From positions 624,272-688,271 of the forward strand of contig NIVC01000438.1 of assembly GCA_002269645.1 (NCBI GenBank): a DNA stretch of 64,000 bases, in the 5' to 3' direction. The stretch comes from Macrostomum lignano (Eukaryota). Each line of letters starts with the position of its first letter. The first letter of the stretch is position 1. Of this stretch, positions 12,786 to 24,109 are shown in pieces. Made by a program: the position numbers and the translations under genes. The notes under the pieces were generated by a model. It had not been told where the DNA came from. It searched no databases and was given only the letters and a program-made list of their open reading frames with translations.

Positions 12786-13575
12786 TGTTGTGAATTCGTA
12801 ACTTAATGTATTAATACAAATATTTGCCCTTACTGTAGTCTCTCTCTCTCTCTCTCTCTCTCCCTCTGCCAACCCTTCCCACCCCTTCCATGCTTGCAAC
12901 TTGTTGTGAGCTATTTTCTTAGAGTACTTTATTTATTTTTGGTGCCACTGCACTAGACCCAATCAATTGACAAACTATTATTGTAGTTGTTTATTTGTCC
13001 AGCCTATGTCTGCAACTTTCTCATCCCTGATTATTATTATCCCTCCCCCTCCGTGCTCTCTCATTGGCTGTCGCTGTTTTCTGTAATTCTGGTTTTCTAC
13101 CCCCCAGTCGCGTTTTGTGTGGCTGCAGCCAATCCCCGCTCGCTCTCTCTACGCACCCCGCCTTTTCTCTTACCCTGCAGCTTTTGCCCCACCCCATGTT
13201 GTGCTGGCAGATATTTATTGGCGTGCGCTCCTGTCTTCTCCCTCCCATGCGACTGCTTCTCTTTTGACTCCTTCGCCGCAAATAGTATATGACAATAAAC
13301 CAAAAACAAGCGTGCCAACAATTGTGTTCAACCTAGACGCCTAGCGCGCCAAGTATCTGCGCCACAGTAAGTATTGTTCTGTTCCTGTCATTTCGGGGTC
13401 AAGTGCCTCTAGGACTTTGTCACTGGGGCCTGTGCATTCGCTGCGACCCTGGTTGCTGGCCTACTGCCTGCGCGTTTGTGCGACAGTGGGTTGGCAAGCA
13501 GCAGGACTGGGGCTGCGTTTTCCTGCTCGTACAGAGCGCAAGACGTAGCTGGCTGGTCCATCTCGGGACACAACA
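12786..13575 (+). repeat. 5' LTR (790 bp)
   Basis: Direct repeat of 20418-21207 (about 17 substitutions by eye); TG...CA; AATAAA near 13294. Confidence 0.97.
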
Positions 13576-13576
13576 T

Positions 13577-13594
13577 TGGTGCCGTGACCAGGAT
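13577..13594 (+). promoter_or_regulatory. Primer-binding site complementary to the 3' end of tRNA-His
   Basis: TGGTGCCGTGACCAGGAT, 1 nt after the LTR. The recalled metazoan tRNA-His(GUG) 3' complement is TGGTGCCGTGACTCGGAT (16/18 match). Confidence 0.8.
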
Positions 13595-13751
13595 AGTATT
13601 GTGCTTGAGGGTGTTTATGAGCTCGTGTTAGAATAGTTTAGATTAGTGCGGCTAGGGATCTGTTTGGAAGAGGGATTGCTTCCGATTTGTTAGTGTCGTT
13701 TTTACGTCATTGTGTTTCTGTTGTTGTTGAGCATACGATTGCGCTGTCGTG

Positions 13752-14858
13752 ATGGGAGACGAAGGTGTGAATAGACTGGTGGAGTTAATGTCGGCGTCAG
13801 TTTGTCGGGCGTTGCAGCAGGACATCAACGTGGCACAGAATGTACAGCGGCCAGCGAAGCCCCCGAAGTACTGCATTGGAGATAATTTCAGGCTATGGTT
13901 GCAGAGGTTCAATGCCTATTGTGAAGCATCGCAGATAGTGGAAGACAATCGCCGGCCTCATCTCTTCAGCTTCTTGGATCTAAATACGGCTTTCGCGGCA
14001 GTGGAGAATATTCAGCTGGAGGAGGGTGCCACGTATGATGATTTCACCGATGCACTCCTAGAAAGGTTCCAGCAGCAACGCACGGCCGAGGATTTCAAGC
14101 TGGAGCTGGAGTCGCGAGTCCAAAAAGAGGGCGAGACGTATGAGACTTATGCAGATGTGCTGTTAGAGTTAGCAAGGAACGGGTACCCAGATGAAGACAT
14201 GCCAGTCGGAATCATCAACAGCTTTGCCAGAGACCACTTCAAGAAGGGCATCCGAGCACCGGAACATGTCAAAGAGTACGTTATGCTGCAGCAACCCGCC
14301 ACCCTTACGGATGTGATTCGTTGCGTGCAACGAAAGGAGGCCGCCGGTCGAGCCACCAAGCCGACAGGTTCAGAACAAGCTTACCGGAAAATTGCTTCGA
14401 CCATTGGTGTGGTGAATACCGGAGGCACCAGTTCAGACGGATTAGAAGAACTTCAACAGCGGATTCAAGACCTGGAAGGGCAGTTGAAGCGGCTGAATCA
14501 GGCACCGCCTCCTCAACAGTCTGCTGCACCCTTGTCTTCTGGGTCTGCGCGTTCGCGCGGCCCGGGGCCTGGGTTACAAGGTGGCAGAGGGGCCTGCGTG
14601 TATGGCGCGACCCCTAGTCAGCTGGCAGGGCAGCAGCAGAGGCAGGCCGGTGCTTGCTTTCAGTGTGGAAACATTGGCCACCTAGCGCGCGAGTGCCCAA
14701 GTCGCTCCGGAATGATGCAGCAACCGCAGTCAAACCCAGCGGCGAGGACTGGTGGTCCAAGGCGTTGCTACGCGTGCAACCAGCCGGGTCATCTGGCCAA
14801 GAATTGTTGGTCGGGAAACTTCAACAGAGGTCCTGGGAAGGGGAGCCAGGGCCTCTAA
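13752..14858 (+). CDS. gag: Gag (capsid-like region plus two CCHC zinc knuckles)
   Basis: Intact ORF, ATG at 13752; CFQCGNIGHLAREC and CYACNQPGHLAKNC. Confidence 0.93.
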   Translation: MGDEGVNRLVELMSASVCRALQQDINVAQNVQRPAKPPKYCIGDNFRLWLQRFNAYCEASQIVEDNRRPHLFSFLDLNTAFAAVENIQLEEGATYDDFTDALLERFQQQRTAEDFKLELESRVQKEGETYETYADVLLELARNGYPDEDMPVGIINSFARDHFKKGIRAPEHVKEYVMLQQPATLTDVIRCVQRKEAAGRATKPTGSEQAYRKIASTIGVVNTGGTSSDGLEELQQRIQDLEGQLKRLNQAPPPQQSAAPLSSGSARSRGPGPGLQGGRGACVYGATPSQLAGQQQRQAGACFQCGNIGHLARECPSRSGMMQQPQSNPAARTGGPRRCYACNQPGHLAKNCWSGNFNRGPGKGSQGL

Positions 14859-14879
14859 TCCAGTCAGCCAAACCTCCCC
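14813..14879 (+). promoter_or_regulatory. -1 programmed ribosomal frameshift signal (G GGA AAC plus predicted H-type pseudoknot)
   Basis: Heptamer 14813-14819 in the gag frame. 6-nt spacer. Stem 14826-14836/14846-14856. Loop GGGGAG (14840-14845) is complementary to CTCCCC (14874-14879). pol is in the -1 frame. Confidence 0.8.
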
Positions 14880-17800
14880 CGTCCAGTCAGCAGCCGGTTG
14901 ACACACCAAGTCTGATGATGCATCCTACCAGTGTGTATGTGTCCTGTCAAATCGGTGGTCAGGTGGTCTCTGCATGTGTCGACTCGGGCGCTGCTGTGAC
15001 GATCATAAATGAAGCTTTGCTTCAGAGAGTGAGAAAGACTTGGACAAAATCGCCACCGAGTATTCAGCCTCATAAATCAACAATCCATGCTGCCAACAGC
15101 AGCCCAATCAACATCAGTGCGATCTGCTAACTTCCCTTAATGATAGGCGAGAGCGAATTGAGTATGACAGCTCTAGTATCCTCGTCGGTTTCCTACGAGC
15201 TGTTAATGGGAGCCGACTTTCTGCTTAAGCACAACTGCCGCATCAATTTTCAAGATGGTGTACTTCACCTAGCAGATGCCAGCGTTCCGCTACGTTTTCA
15301 CCAACGGCCTGCAACTGTGTGTCACATTCTAGCGTCGGAGCGAATTGTGGTTCCGCCTGGAGCAGAGAAGATAGCATCTGGTCGATTCTTAATGAAGGGT
15401 GGAAGAGGACGATACACGAGAAGCCCAGGAGTAATTGAGGAAAGTCAAGACCGGAAGCGCGCAGGTTCCGCGGTGTTAGCGAGGTCCTTAGTGATGCCCA
15501 CGGAAGACGCTCGAGTCCCCGTACGGCTGGCAAACTTCTCGGAGGTTCCTGTCACCATCCGCAAGGGTGAGACAGTTGCGTGGTACCATCCGCTCGATCC
15601 GCTGCAGCCCATCGCGCTAGCAACGTTGAGTGAAGCCAAGGATGCAGCTCCGACACTGGAAAAGCCTTGCCAAGAAGAGAGTGAGGTGGCCGAGGAGCTC
15701 CTAGCAGGTCTGAAGAATTGGGGAAGTTGTGGTTTGTCGGCAGAGCAAGAGGCGAAGTTCAGAGCGCTAATCCAGTGCAACAGAGACGTATTTGCAACCG
15801 AACTTGCCGAGGCCACGGTAACGAATGTCAGTGAGCACCGAATTGACACGGGGACGGCAAGACCTATCAAACAGGCTCCACGACGACTGCCGCCACATCT
15901 TAGAGCAGAAGTTGACGAGCAACTTGATGAGCTTCTGGCGCAAGGAAAAATCGAAGAGGCAATGTCCCCATGGAGCTCGCCAGTGGTCTGTGTGCAAAAG
16001 AAAGACAATTTGCTTCGAATGTGCGTGGACTATCGTCGGGTCAACAATGTGACCGTTAAGGACGCCATTCCACTACCTTGCATCGATGAAGCCCTAGAAG
16101 CGCTACATGGAACAGCCGTGTACAGTTCCCTAGATCTGCAATCTGGCTACCATCAAGTTCCGGTAGCTGCAGAAGACCGAGACAAGACTGCATTTGCTGT
16201 GCCGCACCGCGGACAATTCCAATGGCTAGTGATGCCATTTGGTGTCACCAACGGCCCAGCAATGTTCAGCCGCATCATGCAAACTGTGCTGCACCCATTG
16301 GCCTAGAAGATATGCCTCGTGTATCTGGACGACATTTTGGTTTTTTCTAACACCGTAGAAGATCATCTGGCCAGGTTGAGTGAAATTTTTCAGCGGCTGA
16401 GAAGTGCAAATCTAAAGCTGAATCCGAAGAAGTGCGAGCTGCTTAGTTCCGAAGTGAGCTTTCTGGGTCATCGAGTCTCGGCGGACGGCATCGGAACTGA
16501 CCCAGAGAAGGTCCGAGCAATTTGCGAGTGGCCGACACCATGCACTGTCAAGGATGTGCAAGCGTTTCTCAGCACTGTTGGCTACTACAGGCGTTTTATT
16601 CAAGATTTTTCGCACACAGCTGAACCATTGATGGAACTGACAAGATCTACATCACCGTTCCAGTGGGGATCGGCCCAAGAAGAAGCCTTCCAGCGGCTGA
16701 AAGAGGCGCTGACCGGAGAACAGGTCATGGCGTACCCGAACTTTGCTCCAGATGCACCGCCGTTCATCTTGGATACAGATGGCAGTTTGTCAGTGGGAAT
16801 CGGAGGCGTCCTATCTCAGCTGCAACCGGACGGGTCGGAGAAAGTCATTGCGTACGGATCACGCACCCTGTCATCTGCAGAGCGGAATTACTGCATGACC
16901 CGCGTTGAGCTCCTCGCTGTAGTCACCTTTATTCGCCAATTCAAGTACTTTCTGCTCGGGAAGCACTTCATTCTTCGAACCGACCATAGCAGTCTGCGCT
17001 GGCTGCATTCATTCAAGAATGTTGAAGGTCAAGCTGCGAGATGGCTGGAGCAGCTAGCCTGCTTTGACTACACGATCATACATCGAGCAGGCCGGGACCA
17101 TGGGAATGCCGACGGGTTATCACGTAGGCCGAGAAGCCACTTTGGAGCAACCACGTGCCTGTCCTGCAAGGAGCAGCCTGAGGTCAGTGCAGTAACATTC
17201 GAGTCGGGACTCCAACAACGCGTCCATGAAGCGCAGCTCAAACATCCTGAACTACGTCTGCTAAGACAGGCAGTGCAGACAGGGCGACTAGAGTCGCTTG
17301 GAACTGGGCACCCAGGACCAGGAACACCCTACTGGAAGGCGCTGATGGCCAGAAAAGATGAACTGTGCATGGTCAATGACCTGCTGTGCATCAGGACAGA
17401 GAAGAATTTCAAAGTTGTTCTGACGGCAGAAACGACGAATTTGGTCATCTTAGAATTACACAGTGGAGCCAGTGGAGCGCACAGCAGATTTTTCAAGACG
17501 AAGAAAAAAGTGACCTCGCGATTTTGGTTTCCGGGCCTTGGCAGACTGGTAGAAGAGTTCATTCGATGCTGTGTAACCTGCAGAAAATCAAAGACGAAGC
17601 AGCGAGGCCGAGCACCCCTCGAGCCGATTCAAACTGGTGCTCCATTTGAACGTGTCATGGTTGACATTGTCGGACCGCTTCCACAAACAAGGAAAGGAAA
17701 CATGTACATCCTGACAATTCAAGATGCTTTCACCAAATGGCTGGATGCGTACCTGCTTCGAAACCAGAAGGCTGCAAGCTGTGCAAAGGTGTTTGTCGAA

Positions 17801-18733
17801 TGCTGGATCAGTCAACACGGATGTCCGCAGTTCCTGCACTCGGATCAAGGCCAAAATTTCGAGTCAAGATTAACTACGGAACTGCGCTCGTTGCTAGGCA
17901 TCAAGAAGACAAGAACAACACCGTACCACCCAATGGGGAACGGTCAAGTGGAAAGCTTTAATCGTACGCTTGGCACCAGCTTGAGAAGCCTGATGGTCAA
18001 AAATGGAGCAGCGCAGTCAAGTTGGGAAGAATTTATACCGGCGGTGCTAATGGCGTATCGGTCCAGTGTACATCGAGGAACCGGCTACACACCGCACTAC
18101 CTGGTGTACGGTGAGGAGATGCGACTGCCTGTTGACCTGATGAACAAGCCGCCTCAAGTGCAGCCGAGTGAAACAACGGAATATGTTGCTGAACTACATC
18201 GCAAGATGCAAGCAGCTGGCGACACCGTGCGGACCAACCTGTCAATGTATCAGAGACAGCAAAAGGATCAGTACGACACGGGAGCTCGTGGTTCGGGATT
18301 CAACGAAGGAGATCTGGTCTACGTGTATCAGCCTTGTCTGGAGACCGGCGAAGCAAAGAAGTTCCATGTGTACTGGACTGGACCGGTGAAAGTGTTCAAG
18401 CGAGAAAGTGCAACTCGATACAGGGTAGGGCACCCGACGAACAACCGGAAGAGGAAAACCGTGCACTTTAACAACTTGCACCTTTACCGTCGCGCTGAAC
18501 AGAGTGAGCAAGATGGGCAACGTGTACCGGTCCCTGAGCAACGGGAATCCGATGAGCACAACGAGGAGGATGATGATGAAGATGGCGAGAGTGAGTGGGT
18601 GCAGCTGCCTCAACCCGAAGCAGTAGATTTCGGAGTCCCTGGCAGTCCGGGTAGGCCACCCACGCCAGAGCGTCGTTACCCGGTTAGAAACCAGGTCCCT
18701 ATGCAGTTTTTTGGTAATCCCGTGCATCACTGA
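14813..18733 (+). pseudogene. pol: Pol (aspartic protease, RT, RNase H, integrase) with two in-frame stops (TAA 15128-15130, TAG 16304-16306)
   Basis: ORFs 14654-15130, 15140-16306 and 16319-18733 share one frame. PR: VDSGA and LLMGADFL. RT: CVDYRRVN, LDLQSGYHQV, MPFGV, YLDD. RH: ILDTDGS, ELLAVV, TDH, ADGLSR. IN: HHCC, VDIVGP, HSDQG, NGQVE. Confidence 0.95.
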
Positions 18734-18834
18734 CCAGTCATGGAGCGAACGCACAGGATGAAGGAGGCAGAAAAGTGCATGAATTTAAATAGTCGTCTAC
18801 CTTCTAGCAAGTCAATTGCCATTTCATTTTTAGT

Positions 18835-19686
18835 ATGTACTACAAAGTCCTGGGTGTCGCATCTGATGCGACCATGCAGCAGGTTAAGAAGGCTTACTAC
18901 TAGCGCATACGTCATGCACATCCAGACAAGGTAGGGCCAGGCGCTCGGCGGCAGGCACAAGAAATAAATGAAGCGTATCGAGTATTGAGTGATCCGTTTC
19001 TGCGAATCGTGTACGAACAGTTTGGTCCCGAGGGTGCGCAGGCGCCGAAAATGTTTCTGTCACGACTGAGACTGCTAGCTGGGATGGCAATACCGACTAA
19101 GTACTTTGAGCAGGTGGAAATATCGTCAGAATCTGAGGATGACACCGAGGATGAGCAGGAAAGTCGACTGCAGTTGATCGGGAAGCCGAGTGTGGGAAGC
19201 GAAGATGAGCCAGTGAATACAGCGGTCCGCAACAAATTGAAGCGCGCTTGTTTACGTGGGAACGCGTCGGAAATTGCGAGGTTGATGGCGGAAATCCGGC
19301 AGTTATATTCGGCGCGTCAGGCAGTAGCTGAGGTCAAGAGAGCGTTACTGAATGGGTTAAAGGATCTAGCGACGAAAAAGATCGGCCCCTCGAAGATTGT
19401 CATGAGCGTCAACGAGTACAAATCGACATCAAGAGCAGTGTGGGAAGCTGCTCAGTCGCTAGAGTTCCGCTGTGTAGGAGTGTTAGTAGCGTCAGTGCGT
19501 TGCTTTAGGCCCTTCCTGGTCAATAAGGTTTTTAGGCGGGCACCAATGGCACCCGGGACGGGGGAACCCAACCGTTCCAGCCCTGCTGCGGACGCGGATG
19601 TCCTGGTGCTGGATGCCGAGGAAGAGGACCTGGATGACCTGGGCGAGGAAGCGACGAGCGGCGGCATGAACTCGTTGAAACTGTGA
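18835..19686 (+). pseudogene. Extra ORF3 of the LTR element: DnaJ/Hsp40 J-domain protein (283 codons, one internal TAG at 18901-18903)
   Basis: Same frame as track ORF 18985-19686. Reads MYYKVLGVASDATMQQVKKAYY*RIRHAHPDKVGPGARRQAQEINEAYRVLSDPFLRIVYEQFGPEG, with HPD at 18919-18927, then an acidic linker, a helical/basic region and an acidic tail. Confidence 0.88.
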
Positions 19687-20404
19687 ACATTGAATGACGG
19701 ATCGTGGCAACAGAATGTTAAGGACCCAGGCCCGGGTTCAGCCTTAGCAACTGCCGTGGAGGCGATGCAAGTGTTTCATCGAAAAGTCTTGTCGCGAGTG
19801 ACCTACAATGTACCTGCCCTACACCTGACCTACAGCGCGCCGGCCCCACACCTGACCTACCACACACCAGCCCTACATTTGACTGCCTAAGCTGAGTGCA
19901 CCTGAGTTTTGAAAGTCAGTTTAGACTACTGTAAAATTTTCGAAGATTGCTTATTCCTTGCGCTGTTGTTGATTCTCAGGAGTTTCAATTTCAATTTTGT
20001 TGCTGGTTTTGAGATCGTGCTGCAAGCCTGGCTGCGTCTGAGATGCCTTAATTGCTGGCGTGATGCTAATTCTTAATAATTGTTTTTTGCATAACCAAGT
20101 TAATACAACATTAATTGTCATCTTTTTGCCCTGTTGGCCAATTTTCTGTTCAATGCTCAATGTTCATGTTCCGTATTCCATGACAACGTTGAATTTTCCA
20201 TGTTATGTTCTCCCTTTCATCCTTTCATGTTTTTGCATCATCCATCACTCTTCATGCCATTGCCAGCCGGCTCGCTCTCAATCACTGGTGAAGGGAATTT
20301 TTTTGCTCATCTTGCTCATCGCATGCAAAGGCCCCGCTGATACTTGTACAAGCCGAATTGTCTCAAATACTGTACCATACAAACATTTTTTGTGTGACTT
20401 CGTC

Positions 20405-20417
20405 AAGAAGGGGAGAA
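20405..20417 (+). promoter_or_regulatory. Polypurine tract AAGAAGGGGAGAA
   Basis: Pure-purine run directly abutting the 3' LTR. Confidence 0.92.
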
Positions 20418-21207
20418 TGTTGTGAATTCGTAACTCAATGTATTAATACAAATATTTGCCCTTACTGTAGTCTCTCTCTCTCTCCCTCTCTCTCCCTCTG
20501 CCAACCCTTCCCACCCCTTCCATGCTTGCAACTTGTTGTGAGCTATTTTCTTAGAGTACTTTATTTATTTTTGGTGCCACTGCACTAGACCCAATCAATT
20601 GACAAACTATTATTGTAGTTGTTTATTTGTCCAGCCTATGTCTGCAACTTTCTCATCCCTGATTATTATTATCCCTCCCCCTCCGTGCTCTCTCATTGGC
20701 TATCGCTGTTTTCTGTAATTCTGGTTTTCTACCCCCCAGTCGCGCTTTGTGTGGCTGCATCCAATCCCCACTCGCTCTCTCTACGCACCCCGCCTTTTCT
20801 CTTACCCTGCAGCTTTTGCCCCACCCCATGTTGTGCTGGCAGATATTTATTGGCGTGCGCTCCTGTCCTCTCCCCCCCATGCGACCGCTTCTCCTCTGAC
20901 TCCTTCGCCGCAAATAGTATATGACAATAAACCAAAAACAAGTGTGCCAACAATTGTGTTCAACCTAGACGCCCAGCGCGCCAAGTATCCGCGCCACAGT
21001 AAGTATTGTTCTGTTCCTGTCATTTCGGGGTCAAGTGCCTCTAGGACTTTGTCACCGGGGCCTGTGCGTTCGCTGCGACCCTGGTTGCTGGCCTACTGCC
21101 TGCGCGTTTATGCGACAGTGGGTTGGCAAGCAGCAGGACTGGGGCTGCGTTTTCCTGCTCGTACAGAGCGCAAGACGTAGCTGGCTGGTCCATCTCGGGA
21201 CACAACA
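20418..21207 (+). repeat. 3' LTR (790 bp)
   Basis: Direct repeat of 12786-13575. Confidence 0.97.
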
Positions 21208-24109
21208 GTTAACTAGACTATATACTTTGAATGCAAATTATTTAAGAAATATAAAAAACTAAATTTGACACTATCATGGCAACTAGGGATTGCCAATTCC
21301 CCAGACATTAAAAGACTAAAACTGCAAATGTGGTAAGAAATGGTACTTTTGCTACATTTTTTTGCATTTTTACATATCATATATTCATACTTTTATCTGT
21401 GTGTATTGAAGAACATCTAGTATACTAAAATATTAGTTCATTTTGTCTAAAATATACTTTTTTATTGCTGATTTATGTTATATCACTTTACATGTGATTG
21501 TGATTTGGTTGTCTGTGGTTTGTGAGCATAGGCATAAAACTGATTGAATATTCAAAAAGATAATATACAAAGTTCAAATAAACAATACAAAAATTTTTCC
21601 ACTTCCTAAATTTCCTTTCTTTTTAGCATTTGCTCATTAAAATATAATGTATTTTATAAAAGAAACATATAAACATATAAATAGGTTTGAACTTTGGATT
21701 CATACATGTGCAACCTCCAAAATTTGGTCGGCCATGCAACTTAGTTTTAACAAAATGCAACATAGTTTCTGGCCAAAAATGCGACTTACATATAAGAAAA
21801 CGCATTAAGCAAAATTAAGGCAACTTTGGGTAAACGGCAGGAGTAACTATGACTGTCTTATTTAGTCAAAATGCCTCATCAGCTAATTAGTACTACTACT
21901 TGGGTATTTTTGGGTGGGCATTTTTGCTACTTCCTTGGTTGGCTGCCAAATCGGTCAGCCAGATTGGCCGACTATTGTGCATGTATGTTTGGATTAATTG
22001 AATGAATGAATTCAACTAGATTGGATAAATTGAAAATCAGATTCCATAATAATAAAAAGTACATTAAAAATTCAAATAAAATAATTGCAATTGCAATACT
22101 TTTATACTTTTTAATTGTAGACTTAGTCAATAATCTTCTAAATATACTAAATCTCTAATAACTTATCTATAAATAAAGGAAAACAAATGAGCAATAATTT
22201 AAGTGCTCAAAAACAGATCTACTATAATTCTTTTATTTATATATTTAGTTTGAATCACCGGACTAAACCCTAGACCTTCATTTGGGGTCTCTGGGGGGCT
22301 ATAATATGCTTATAGTGATATGCTTATAATATGCTTACTTGCATTTTGCATCTAATGAAATATTCAAATATAGTAAACAGGAACAACTCAAGTTACTCAA
22401 CTAAGTTTATCAGAATCAATGTTTCTAAATTTTTGTTCTACAAACCTATTTTTTTAAGTTAGGCCGATTGATTCTTTTAAAGCAATATAATTTATAAAGT
22501 TTTCAATTTTAATAATTCCTCAAAACAAGAGATGCAATGTGTTGCCTTATCTTTAATTCCTTTTTTTCAATTATGAGTCACAAGCCTACAACCCCTAGCC
22601 TAGGACTCTTGACTCTTAAAATACAAACTTTTGTTTGGTTTTTTTTAATTATAATAATAACTAAACTAAAGTCTAAACAAAATCAATAATGTAGTTTAAA
22701 AATATTAGTCTTAGACTAGATTAAAACTATTCTAATTTAAAAAAATGGAATATAGCCTAGACTCTAGAGTTATATATAAAAATTAAAAATTAAAATTAGC
22801 ATAGGCCTATATAATCTGCGACTGTGACTAGGGCCACACTTTAGAGTTTAATATTTATTTAGTATACTAGCTATAGGCCCTACTTTTGCTTAGGCTTGGA
22901 AGAAGTGTAGGCCTAGTTAATTTTATTTAGGTCTGTAAAAAATGGACTTAATTTTATACAACTTATTAATAAGAAAATTAAACTTGGTTGCAACTGCAAC
23001 TTGCAATGCCCATTAGCATAAATGGTAATATGTCTAAATAATTTATTTACTTCTTAGTTAGGGCCTAACATTAATACTTGTCCTCATTCATAACGTCATA
23101 CCTCCATAATTAATAATTTGAATTTGAGCAGGCTAGGACATAGTTTTATAGTAGGACAATATACATTATATACAAATCATCAAAATCAACAAATCATTAA
23201 ATCATAAAATCATCCTGAACGAATAATAAATATAAACATGTACACGAAAAGACAGATAACAGGAGCAAATATCAAAGAACGCTGCTTTAATTAGAAATAG
23301 GCATAGGCATGTTCAGTTTATTGGCCATATTAACTTTTTATAATAGTTAAGTGAGCTGCAAGCACCAAGACATTGTACGTGGTTCGACATTAAAAGTACA
23401 TGTCCAACACAAATAGCAGCAAAATGCTCAAATGTTGTTAGCATAGAAATACACAAGATTTTATATCCAAATCAAAACATTTATATCTTTAATTAGTCAG
23501 TTAATAAAATATTTGTTTATTTTAAAATGCGGCGACACAACTTTGTTTTAACTCTTTAGAAAGTTCATGCTAGAACACCGAAATGATCGAGCTCTGCGCA
23601 TGGACGACAGAAAAGAATGGAGTGCTAATCTGACAAAGTTATTTTTGTCTCGCTCGATCTTAACTTTTAACATCCTTTTCTCCCGTTCTTTCCCATTGGC
23701 TCGTGACTGCCATAGACAAAGTATTTTTCGTCTCGTTTTCGTTTATTCGTTCCCCTCTGAAAGGTTCTGTCCCAGCATATTACGAGCTCGCATCAAAATA
23801 TGCTTTCAGCCAATAGGAAGGAACGGGGGAAAGGGATGTAATAGCGAAAATCGAACGAGATAAAAATAACTGGCTCAGAATAGCACTCTCATTCTGTTCT
23901 TTCCTCCATGGCTCTGCGTGCTGGACGAGATCGAGGCTGCTATTTTCTGCAGAGGCGCTGACGAGCACGTGACGAGGCTGACAGCAGTTTGTCTACTTCG
24001 GTTGTCTAGTACGTGGCTGCAGCCATTTCGACGTTAGATGACGTCGCCGTCGTGGACTATGCCTAGACTGCCTATATAATTCCGTTGTGAGAGGGCTGAG
24101 CTGCAATCC

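Larger units (their letters stand above)
12786..21207 (+). mobile_element. Full-length Ty3/gypsy LTR retrotransposon (8422 bp), with nonsense mutations and a J-domain cargo ORF
   Basis: Two 790-bp LTRs with TGTTGTG...CACAACA inverted ends. 4-bp TSD GTTA at 12782-12785 and 21208-21211. PBS, PPT, gag, and pol in PR-RT-RH-IN order. Confidence 0.98.

Noticed and set aside
12987-13636. Short ORFs here and their twins at 20619-21262
   Set aside because: They lie inside the LTRs and are duplicated only because the LTRs are.
15128-16306. pol stops as programmed readthrough
   Set aside because: They fall inside the protease and RT domains (the TAG replaces an expected Trp before the YLDD segment), so they are simple nonsense mutations.
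18480-18733. Chromodomain at the integrase C-terminus
   Set aside because: The tail is acidic and Pro-rich, with no aromatic-cage pattern.
18901-18903. TAG in the J-domain as programmed readthrough
   Set aside because: The context (TAG CGC ATA) is not a known readthrough motif and the copy has other nonsense mutations; a point mutation is more likely.
18985-19686. ORF3 as an env gene or T-antigen-like Rb binder
   Set aside because: No signal peptide, furin site, TM anchor or LxCxE motif is visible.
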